Source: an uncultured Anaerolineaceae bacterium
GTDB lineage: Bacteria; Chloroflexota; Anaerolineae; Anaerolineales; Anaerolineaceae
Assembly (NCBI GenBank): GCA_964391725.1
Contig: CAYMNB010000002.1
Location: 860 to 64,859, forward strand
Reading direction: 5' to 3'
Length of the DNA: 64,000 nt
The position numbers and the translations under genes were made by a program. Shown here in pieces: positions 9,242 through 16,789 of this stretch. Below the pieces are notes generated by a model. The model did no database searches and had not been told where the DNA came from. It was given only the letters and a program-made list of their open reading frames with translations. Positions within the stretch are counted from its first letter, which is position 1. The number at the start of each line of letters is the position of its first letter.

Positions 9242-10582
9242 TCAAGGTGACAGAATGGAACGGAGCACTTCGATCGCTTTTTCCAATTGGTTGTCAGTAC
9301 CATCTTCCTCAAACAAAGTTTCATCGAATTCGACGATAACATCGGGTTCGATTCCGACTTCATGAATATAGCGGCGATTCGGCGTTAACCATCGGGCAAT
9401 GGTGATTTGCACCGCGCCTTGCTCATCCTCTAACGGCAGCACATAGTGAACGGAGCCTTTTCCATAGGAGGTGGTCCCCACCAGTGTGGCACGTTCCAAA
9501 TCCTGCAATGCCCCCGCGGTAATTTCGGACGCTGAGGCGCTGCCGCCATCGATCAATACCACCATGGGAATATCTATGGCAAAACCGCCGGCGATAGTTT
9601 CCCAGACCTCTTCGGTTTCGTTTCCATATACCTGATAGATGATGGGCGTGTCTTTATCTATGAACTGCGAAAGGATGTGAACAGCTGTGTACAGGAAGCC
9701 ACCGCCGTTACCACGCAGGTCAAGGATTATACCGGCTGGTTGGTGGGATAACAGATCTTCAAGCGCATTGACGAAATCCGCACTGGTGTCTTCGCCGAAT
9801 TGATACAGTTGAATATAAGCTATGTCGCCATCGATAATGGAGTATTCCAGGCTGGGAACAGTAATTTCTGCACGTTCGATAGAAATGTCAATAGGTTCTT
9901 CGACACCTTCACGCGTGATTGTCAAGGTCACCGTTGAGCCGGCAGGGCCTAAAATATTCAATAGGGCTATATCCGGCATGACACCAGTCATATCTTCGCC
10001 ATCGATGGCAATGACCACATCTCCCGCTTTCAAACCGGCTGCTTCGGCGGGGCTGCCAACCATCGGGCTGATGATAACGATGTAATCAAGGCTGGTGTCG
10101 ACCCACGCACCGATACCTTCATAAGTACCTTCCTGTCGGATGGTCAACTGCGACAGTTGGGCGGGGGAAAGATACATGGTGTAGCGATCATCCAGTGCCT
10201 CCATCATGCCACGGATTGCTCCCTGAATTATCTCTTCATTGTTAATCGGCTGGTTGACAAAGTATTCATGTACCAGCCCCCAGGCTTCCAGTAGCGGAGC
10301 AGAATAATCGTCAAAATCATTGGAGTCATTGACAATGGTCTGTGGGAGATCACCGATTGTGTCCGGGTTGTCATCTGCTTCTTCTTCCACATCCATGCCA
10401 GTGTCGGCATCAGCTTGCGTAATCAGCGTTGAGGTTGGTGCGGAGGTAAATGACTGTTCGGTGGGCAGCGAGGTCTGTATGCGGGTTGTCAGTTTGCCAA
10501 GGAAGAAGCTGCCAACGGCTGTGGCTGTCAGTAATAGCATGCCGACAAAGAAAGCGATGATCCATTTAGCTGTTTTTGACAT
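9242..10582 (-). CDS. Carboxyl-terminal processing protease (S41 family) with PDZ domain
   Basis: N-terminal TM segment, PDZ (GLKAGDVVIAIDGEDM), LDLRGNGGG, and the catalytic-region motif GGSASASE. Confidence 0.88.
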   Translation of the reverse strand: MSKTAKWIIAFFVGMLLLTATAVGSFFLGKLTTRIQTSLPTEQSFTSAPTSTLITQADADTGMDVEEEADDNPDTIGDLPQTIVNDSNDFDDYSAPLLEAWGLVHEYFVNQPINNEEIIQGAIRGMMEALDDRYTMYLSPAQLSQLTIRQEGTYEGIGAWVDTSLDYIVIISPMVGSPAEAAGLKAGDVVIAIDGEDMTGVMPDIALLNILGPAGSTVTLTITREGVEEPIDISIERAEITVPSLEYSIIDGDIAYIQLYQFGEDTSADFVNALEDLLSHQPAGIILDLRGNGGGFLYTAVHILSQFIDKDTPIIYQVYGNETEEVWETIAGGFAIDIPMVVLIDGGSASASEITAGALQDLERATLVGTTSYGKGSVHYVLPLEDEQGAVQITIARWLTPNRRYIHEVGIEPDVIVEFDETLFEEDGTDNQLEKAIEVLRSILSP

Positions 10583-10599
10583 TGTTAACTCCTAAGAAA

Positions 10600-10896
10600 T
10601 CATCCGCGATCGGGATGAACTACTTTTTCAATACTTGCATTATAGACAGGCTGTTCAAGATTTTTATTAATGTCAACTTCAATGTTTTTAAATGGATCTT
10701 CACCTTGATAGAGGTCCCCTGGGATTTGCCTTTGATGACGAATGGGACTGTGTTTCCGCTTATCAAGATATGCCTGAATACGATTGATGGATGCCTGGGT
10801 TTGCTCCCGTGTCAATTGCACTCGTTTGATGGCGGCTGTCAGTAGCAAAACCAGTGAGATGAGTAGCACCAATAAAATAATAACGGTAAATGTCAT
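10600..10896 (-). CDS. Small single-pass membrane protein, unknown function
   Basis: N-terminal hydrophobic helix MTFTVIILLVLLISLVLLLTAAI followed by a charged tail. I recognise no motif. Confidence 0.4.
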   Translation of the reverse strand: MTFTVIILLVLLISLVLLLTAAIKRVQLTREQTQASINRIQAYLDKRKHSPIRHQRQIPGDLYQGEDPFKNIEVDINKNLEQPVYNASIEKVVHPDRG

Positions 10897-10912
10897 GGGA
10901 TGATGATTTCCT

Positions 10913-11545
10913 TTATGTTGGAAGCACTTCCGGTAAATGAAGTAATGAACTGATGGTTGTATGGGGTTGAGTCACCATAGTAATGTCTGCATTTGGATAG
11001 ATGGTGAAAATTCCCATGGTTTTAGCCTGGTCTAAATTGCGCAGTGAGTCATCAATGAAGATGCATTCTTCCGGGGTCTTCTGAAGAAGGTGCAATGCTT
11101 TGGTAAAAGCCTCTGGCATGGGTTTACAAAATGGCTGAATATTCATCACATCAACAATGGAGATGAAAAATTCTTGAATCTGCAGCAGTCTTAAAACTCT
11201 TTCGGCGTGGGCGCGAGAGGCATTGGTAAATATGTGCTTTTCATGAGGCAATTTGCTGAACATAGCATAGATCTCAGGGTCATAGGCGACCATAGGACTC
11301 ACGTCAAAATCATGCACATATTCGAGGTAGTGGGCAGGGTCTATGTGATGATGAATAACCAGCCCCCGCATTGTTGTACCGTATTTTCTGAAGTAAGTTT
11401 TTCTGACATCTGAGGCATGTTCTGGCGGAATGTGACAATAGGTCTGCATGTATTGGTGAATACGTTGTGAAATCTGCTCCCATATGCCATTGCCAGGCTT
11501 ATAGAGAGTGTCATCAAGGTCAAAAAGAAGGGTTGTAAAGGTCAT
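10913..11545 (-). CDS. HAD-superfamily hydrolase (pyrimidine 5'-nucleotidase-like)
   Basis: HAD motif I is LLFDLDDTLY, motif II is FTNA, and motif IV is IFIDDS. ATG 11545 (MTFTT...) is preferred over the TTG at 11563. Confidence 0.7.
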   Translation of the reverse strand: MTFTTLLFDLDDTLYKPGNGIWEQISQRIHQYMQTYCHIPPEHASDVRKTYFRKYGTTMRGLVIHHHIDPAHYLEYVHDFDVSPMVAYDPEIYAMFSKLPHEKHIFTNASRAHAERVLRLLQIQEFFISIVDVMNIQPFCKPMPEAFTKALHLLQKTPEECIFIDDSLRNLDQAKTMGIFTIYPNADITMVTQPHTTISSLLHLPEVLPT

Positions 11546-11559
11546 TGGTTCAAAGGGTT

Positions 11560-12948
11560 TCAACGGTGTTTTTTGGGCAGGACACGAAAAGGGGGGGCTG
11601 ATATCTCGAAGATATCACACAATCTGCCATCCAACATGCGGCTGCGGATGCGCGGATCGATGGCGTCCAATGCTTGCGCCGAGGTGATGATGGTGGGGAG
11701 TTGGGCATTGTAGCGGTAGTTCAGAATTTGATATAGCTTTTCTTTGGCCCAGGGGGTCGCGCTTTGTGTGCCCAGATCGTCCAAAATCAGCAGTTTGGCA
11801 TTTTTGATCTGTTCGAACAATTTGTCATAACGGATATTGCTGTCAGGGTTGAAGGTGGCGCGCAGATGGTCGAGGAGATCGGGCACCAGAACAAACATGG
11901 GATTATCGCCCAATTCATTGCGCTGGTTGGCAATGGCTGCCGCCAGGTGGGTCTTTCCAGTGCCGTAATCACCCAACATAACCAGCCATCCGCCAGGATT
12001 TTTCGCATATTTTTTGGCGAATGTCAGCAGGTTTTTGAGATTTCTTTTTTGTTCCGTGGTGAGTGCTTCCGTTTCGCGAAGGCTGAAGGTTTCAAAGCGC
12101 TGATTGTTATGTATATGCAGACTCGATAACTGGATCTGATTGGCTGTGTCGGTGAAGGGCGAGCGATAATCAGGCGCTTGAATCTGCACATGATTAACCA
12201 GGTCGCGGTCTTCAAGCCGGGAGCGTACGCGCCCATCCATATCTTCGAGCGTCTGGTTGGTTGTTAACACTGTGGGGAGTTGTTCTGCGTAGCGGTAATT
12301 CAGAATTTGGAACAATTTCTCGCGTGCCCAGTCAGTGGCATTCTGTGTGCCGAGATCATCCAGCACCAGCAAGGGGATGGTGCGGATTTTCTCAAACCTG
12401 TCTTCGAAAGATTCTTCTGACCGGCCATAACTGAAACGCAGCCAATCCAACAAATCTGGCACTGTTGTAAACAAGGTGGGAGTACCGCAACTGATGGCAT
12501 CGTTGGCGATGGCTGCTGCCAGGTGAGTTTTTCCACACCCATAGACGCCCATCAAAAGGAGCCATTTATTGAGGTTTCTCGCGAAAAGCATGGCCTGATT
12601 GAGGGCGAACTGCAATGATTGCATTTGATCTTCGCGCAGTCCAGCCCGGCCTTTGGGGTTGAAATTGTCAAATGTTTTTTCGCGGTATGCCTGAAGATTG
12701 CTTAAAACCAGTAAACTCTCCTGTTTTTCAGCACGGAATTTGTGAACAGAGCATTCGCAGACATAGACATCCCCAAAGCGGTGGTCATTTTCGGGTACGT
12801 TGTAATATAACACTCCGGTACCATGGCACAAGGGGCAGAGCGGTCTGCCATCTTCCGGTTCGGCCGGGTCAACGTTGGATGAAATCGTCGAATTTTCCTT
12901 TGGCAGGTTTTCGTTTATTTGGCTGAGAATCTCGTCCAGGTTGGTCAT
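11560..12948 (-). CDS. Helicase-loader-like protein: N-terminal Cys4 Zn ribbon plus two tandem DnaC/DnaI/IstB-type AAA+ modules
   Basis: Ribbon: CPLCHGTG...VCEC. Module 1 has FDNF..., GVYGCGKTHLAAAIAN, LLVLDDLG, TTN and VRSR. Module 2 has FETF..., GDYGTGKTHLAAAIAN, LLILDDLG, TSA and IRSR. A good RBS (AAGGAAAAC) precedes ATG 12948. Confidence 0.8.
   Translation of the reverse strand: MTNLDEILSQINENLPKENSTISSNVDPAEPEDGRPLCPLCHGTGVLYYNVPENDHRFGDVYVCECSVHKFRAEKQESLLVLSNLQAYREKTFDNFNPKGRAGLREDQMQSLQFALNQAMLFARNLNKWLLLMGVYGCGKTHLAAAIANDAISCGTPTLFTTVPDLLDWLRFSYGRSEESFEDRFEKIRTIPLLVLDDLGTQNATDWAREKLFQILNYRYAEQLPTVLTTNQTLEDMDGRVRSRLEDRDLVNHVQIQAPDYRSPFTDTANQIQLSSLHIHNNQRFETFSLRETEALTTEQKRNLKNLLTFAKKYAKNPGGWLVMLGDYGTGKTHLAAAIANQRNELGDNPMFVLVPDLLDHLRATFNPDSNIRYDKLFEQIKNAKLLILDDLGTQSATPWAKEKLYQILNYRYNAQLPTIITSAQALDAIDPRIRSRMLDGRLCDIFEISAPPFRVLPKKHR
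11584..12102 (-). repeat. Intragenic duplicate: AAA+ module 2 of the loader gene
   Basis: Residues about 283-455 align block-for-block with residues about 88-262. Examples: WL.(L)MG.YG.GKTHLAAAIAN, VPDLLD.LR, LL.LDDLGTQ.AT.WA.EKL.QILNYRY..QLPT, and RSR. Confidence 0.8.
12163..12687 (-). repeat. Intragenic duplicate: AAA+ module 1 of the loader gene
   Basis: This is the partner of the 11584-12102 repeat. See that entry for the aligned blocks. Confidence 0.8.
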
Positions 12949-13543
12949 GTTTTCCTTCTTTCTGCCAGGAACGCAAGATGGTGTCGATATAGCGCCAGCT
13001 GCGGGCGTTGTTCTGTACAGCTATATGAATAGCCTCTTTGATCCACACCTGCGGGTATTCTTCCTGAGCCGTAGTCAGGTCTTCTGCCAGTAGCGGTGTT
13101 AAGGCTCCAATATTTTCCTCGTACAGTTGGAAGATGTTTTTTTCCTCTGATGGCGGTTTGGCCGACTGATGATCGGTAGGTAAAGGGCGCCATTTTCCTG
13201 CCTGCAAAGCCTCCAACGCCTGTCGGCCATTGTCGTCATTGAGAAACAGCAGCGGTTCATTCATGATAGATTTTTCGTGGTGCTGCAACAAAAGTCCTGT
13301 GTCGAGCATGGCGTTCAGTGTGGTTTGGATGCGGGGCTTGGCATTCTGATCACCCAGCCACCGGCAAAGTTGGTCAGAATTCTCCAGCTGGCCGACTGTC
13401 ATGTAGAAGCGGTTGCCTTCGTGACGGCTCTGTTGCAACAAAACATACAGCATCACTTTGATCTCATCAACATCCTGCAACTTTGGCAAGAAGGCATCGA
13501 GAGATGACGTTATAAGTGATACATTGCTGTCGATTAGGCCCAT
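12869..13543 (-). CDS. DnaD/DnaB_2-domain replication initiation / primosome protein
   Basis: The C-terminal region ...VWIKEAIHIAVQNNARSWRYIDTILRSWQKEG fits the DnaD-type (DnaB_2) domain. It lies between dnaB and the loader, and its start overlaps the dnaB stop (TAATG). Confidence 0.65.
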   Translation of the reverse strand: MGLIDSNVSLITSSLDAFLPKLQDVDEIKVMLYVLLQQSRHEGNRFYMTVGQLENSDQLCRWLGDQNAKPRIQTTLNAMLDTGLLLQHHEKSIMNEPLLFLNDDNGRQALEALQAGKWRPLPTDHQSAKPPSEEKNIFQLYEENIGALTPLLAEDLTTAQEEYPQVWIKEAIHIAVQNNARSWRYIDTILRSWQKEGKHDQPGRDSQPNKRKPAKGKFDDFIQR

Positions 13544-14940
13544 TACCGCTCCAGTGATCCTAACTGGTAATCTTCGAAACTGGCGGAGGACGGCCGGAAA
13601 TTCAACTTTATACCCTGGGTGTGGGTGGGGCCATTACGGTTTTTTGAGATGATGAGTTCAGCCATTTCTGGCATATTTTCTTTGCCTTCTTTATCATCCT
13701 GGCGGTGGATGAACATGACAATGTCCGCATCCTGCTCCAATGAGCCAGATTCTCGCAAGTCAGAAAGGATCGGCCGGCGGCCTTCCCGCTGCTCGACAGC
13801 ACGCGATAATTGCGCCGCAGCCAGAACTGGTACGCCAATCTCTTTCGCCAGCATCTTCAATGACCTTGAGATGTAACTGACTTCCTGCACACGGTTTTCA
13901 TTGCGGTGACCACTGCTCATCAACTGCAAGTAATCGACGATGATCAGGTCAATGCCCTGCTCCGCGTCTAAGCGGCGGCACTTGGCGAGCAGCTGAAGGG
14001 GCGTAATGGCGGGGGTGTCATCCAGATAGAGACGCGCGCCAGTCATGTCGTTGATGACAAAGATGAGCCGTTCCCAATCATCATCACCGAGGCGGCCATT
14101 GCGGATATTTTTCATGTCGATACCGGTTGCCTGCGCCAATAGGCGCTGTGCTAATTGTTCATTTGCCATTTCCAATGAAAAATAGGCTACATTTTTCTTG
14201 TGGATGAGAGCAGCGTTTTTGGCTGCAGTCAGCAGGAAACCGGTTTTGCCCATGCCGGGACGGCCGGCAACAATCAATAGATCTGATTTCTGTAAACCGC
14301 CCAGGAATTTGTCGAGCATGTTGAGCCCGGTAGGTACACCGGTGACATCAGCATCACGCGTTGAAAGCTCGTTAATTTGTTTGTATACATCTCCAAGGAT
14401 GCGTCCCAAGGGGGCAAGGTCGCGCTTGGTTCGATTCTCGCTCAGATTGAATACTGATTTTTCCGCTTCGTCGAGAATTTGAACGATTTCCTTTTCTTCA
14501 TCAAAAGCCAGTTTGGCTAACAAATTGGCTGTGTTGATCATGCGGCGGCGAATGGCATTGTTATGGACGATGACGGCGTAATGGGTCGCATTCATCGTGG
14601 TGGTGGTGTTGTTGACGAGTTCTGTCAGGTAGGCCAGTCCGCCGATTTCGCTGAAGACTTTGTTGCGCTCCAGATAATCACTTATGGTGACAATATCAGG
14701 ATCTATTTTCTGTTCTAAAAGGTACTCAAATGCTTCCCAGATCATTCCGTTGCGACGGATATAGAAATCCTCGGGTTTGAGGAATGCAATCAGTTCATTA
14801 AACAGGGTGGGATCCAACAACATAGAACCGATGACTGCTTCTTCTGCCATACGGTTATGGGGTGGCCCCAACATGGAGCGATCCATGTTTTCTTCTGGCG
14901 GATCGAATTCTTCTATCACATCAGGGATCATGTCGCTCAT
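13543..14940 (-). CDS. dnaB: Replicative DNA helicase DnaB
   Basis: N-terminal domain PPHNRMAEEAVIGSMLLDP, Walker A GRPGMGKT, IIVDYLQLM and SRSLKMLAKE. No intein-like insertion is visible. Confidence 0.95.
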   Translation of the reverse strand: MSDMIPDVIEEFDPPEENMDRSMLGPPHNRMAEEAVIGSMLLDPTLFNELIAFLKPEDFYIRRNGMIWEAFEYLLEQKIDPDIVTISDYLERNKVFSEIGGLAYLTELVNNTTTTMNATHYAVIVHNNAIRRRMINTANLLAKLAFDEEKEIVQILDEAEKSVFNLSENRTKRDLAPLGRILGDVYKQINELSTRDADVTGVPTGLNMLDKFLGGLQKSDLLIVAGRPGMGKTGFLLTAAKNAALIHKKNVAYFSLEMANEQLAQRLLAQATGIDMKNIRNGRLGDDDWERLIFVINDMTGARLYLDDTPAITPLQLLAKCRRLDAEQGIDLIIVDYLQLMSSGHRNENRVQEVSYISRSLKMLAKEIGVPVLAAAQLSRAVEQREGRRPILSDLRESGSLEQDADIVMFIHRQDDKEGKENMPEMAELIISKNRNGPTHTQGIKLNFRPSSASFEDYQLGSLER

Positions 14941-14950
14941 GCGTTAGCCT

Positions 14951-15520
14951 CTAATTGTTGCTGGAAGAGTCATCAGACTCTTCGTCGTCAGTGTCTTCTT
15001 CGTCTGTCAATCTTTCCAAGAAATCCTCAAAAATAGACAACCGTTCTTCATCCTGGGGTTCAAAGGTCAAACCTTCGTTGTCATCATCTGTTGTTTCATG
15101 GTGGACATTCTCTTCAGGCAGTATTCCAGCCTGTTGCATGATTTCATCACTGACGAAGATTCGTGTTTTCTTACGGGCGCTGAGCGCCAGGGCATCTGAT
15201 GGGCGGCAATCAATACGGCGTTCCTCACCTGATTCAGCATCTTTCACAACCAGGTCCGCAAAGAAAACATCCTGCTGCATAAATTTGATCTCGATGTGTG
15301 AAAATTGGTATCCCAAGGATTGAATGACTGAAAGCATCAAGTCGTGTGTTTGCGGGCGCGATATCTCAATGTTCTGCAGACCGATGGTAATTGATTCGGC
15401 TTCGAAAGGACCAATCCAAATGGGCAGATACCATTCGCGATTGATGTCTTTCAAGATTACAATCCGCTGCTGGTTGGTCAGGCTTACCCGTATGCTGTCT
15501 ATCATCACTTCGATCATCAT
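14951..15520 (-). CDS. Bifunctional nuclease (DUF151/BFN) family protein with poly-acidic C-terminal tail
   Basis: VILKDINREWYLPIWIGPFEAESI...RPQTHDL is typical of BFN-domain proteins. The C-terminus is DEEDTDDEESDDSSSNN. Confidence 0.7.
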   Translation of the reverse strand: MMIEVMIDSIRVSLTNQQRIVILKDINREWYLPIWIGPFEAESITIGLQNIEISRPQTHDLMLSVIQSLGYQFSHIEIKFMQQDVFFADLVVKDAESGEERRIDCRPSDALALSARKKTRIFVSDEIMQQAGILPEENVHHETTDDDNEGLTFEPQDEERLSIFEDFLERLTDEEDTDDEESDDSSSNN

Positions 15521-15783
15521 ATGAATCCTTCAAAAACTGTAAAGATAGGTTCACCAAAAAGTGTGTCTGTTAATGATACCGCATTTCATTGTATCTTATC
15601 CCGGATTTCTTTGCTGTTTTTAAATGATTGGTGAAATTCTTGCCCGCGTAATAATATTGTAGGGTGATTTCTTTAAGTTTTCGTGTATAATGCTTAAGAA
15701 TAGAAAATCTTAAGAAGTCGTTACAGGTTTGGAATACGGAATAAAATAATACAGGGGATTCATTATCAAAGATATGGGCAGCC

Positions 15784-16455
15784 ATGAGCGTTAATATTTT
15801 ATTAGTTGAACGAAAGCACAGCAATCTCCCATCTTTTGAAGCAGGGTTAATTCGAAAGAAATATGAAATAACCATCACAAAAAATGGGTCAGAGGCTGTG
15901 CAGTTGCTTGCGGAAGAGCAGTACGATCTTGTTATTGTTAATGCGGCTTCTATGCGAACGACAGGAACTCGTATTTGTCAGAATATCCAGAAAGAATCGC
16001 CGGACAAGCATATCCCCATTATTCTCATTGTTGAAAAACCTTTTGATGATGAGGAATCTATTGAAGCAGATGTTGTGTTGGTGCTTCCGTTCACGTTACA
16101 AAAACTGATTAATCGCATCAAGCCATACCAGCCAACTGCCTTAAAATATGCAATCACACTTGGCAACATCACCCTCGACCTTGACACTCGTTGTGTTCAT
16201 AAAGATGATTCGCAATCAGTTTTGACACCCCGCTTGTTCATCTTGTTACGATTGTTCATGGAAAACCCTGGTGTGGTGATCTCTCGCGAAGATATTTTTT
16301 ATAAGGTGTGGGATACCGATTTCTTTGCCGATATGCGCACTCTGGATGTGCACATCAGTTGGCTGCGACAGATCATCGAAGATGATCCGCGAAAACCACA
16401 ATTGATTCGAACGATGCGCGGCAAAGGATACCTGTTCGTTCATGAAGACGATTGA
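15784..16455 (+). CDS. OmpR/PhoB-family winged-helix regulator with degenerate (aspartate-less) receiver domain
   Basis: The C-terminal wHTH reads LTPRLFILLRLFMENPGVVISREDIFYKVW...RTLDVHISWLRQ...IRTMRGKGYLF. In the receiver, LLVERK replaces the DD pocket, DLVIVNAASM puts Asn at the phospho-Asp site, VEK replaces T/S, and LPF replaces KPF. Confidence 0.85.
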   Translation: MSVNILLVERKHSNLPSFEAGLIRKKYEITITKNGSEAVQLLAEEQYDLVIVNAASMRTTGTRICQNIQKESPDKHIPIILIVEKPFDDEESIEADVVLVLPFTLQKLINRIKPYQPTALKYAITLGNITLDLDTRCVHKDDSQSVLTPRLFILLRLFMENPGVVISREDIFYKVWDTDFFADMRTLDVHISWLRQIIEDDPRKPQLIRTMRGKGYLFVHEDD

Positions 16456-16461
16456 TTGCTC

Positions 16462-16491
16462 TTGACGGATAGGGTTCCCCATCGGTATAAT
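16462..16491 (+). promoter_or_regulatory. Sigma70-type promoter of the serS leader
   Basis: TTGACG (16462-16467), an 18-bp spacer, then TATAAT (16486-16491). Confidence 0.6.
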
Positions 16492-16497
16492 CAACAA

Positions 16498-16755
16498 AAT
16501 TCAATAGAGAGTGTGCCTGAAGCCAGTATCGAATGGCTATCCCAGAGAGCTGATGATTGGTGTGAATCAGCATAGACCCCGAGAAATCCACTTCAGCGTT
16601 TGATACCAAAACCACTCGCTTTCGCAGGACTGATCTTTGCTCAGTGTAAGAAAGCCGGATGAACCGTTATCTCGACAATAAGGCTGGAGAAATCCAACGA
16701 AGACAGGTGGCACCACGAAAAGCCCTTCGTCCTGTTCACAGGCAGGGCTTTTGTT
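16498..16755 (+). promoter_or_regulatory. T-box riboswitch leader (Ser-specific) with terminator/antiterminator
   Basis: The stem I base pairs CTGAAG (about 16516) with CTTCAG (16591), and an AGAGAG...GGTGTGA distal region is present. The specifier-loop candidate is GAAA-UCC-A (TCC at 16587-16589). The T-box sequence is ACAGGUGGCACCACGA (UGGC at 16708-16711). The terminator AAAGCCCT...AGGGCTTTTGTT spans 16719-16755. Confidence 0.8.
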
Positions 16756-16789
16756 ATTGATATGGATAGAATTCTGAGGAGAAGAAAAC

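Noticed and set aside
15570-15878. A 102-aa minus-strand ORF spanning the AT-rich divergent promoter region and the start of the regulator gene.
   Set aside because: It has AT-rich, low-information composition. It overlaps a promoter and the 5' end of a well-supported gene, and no motif is present.
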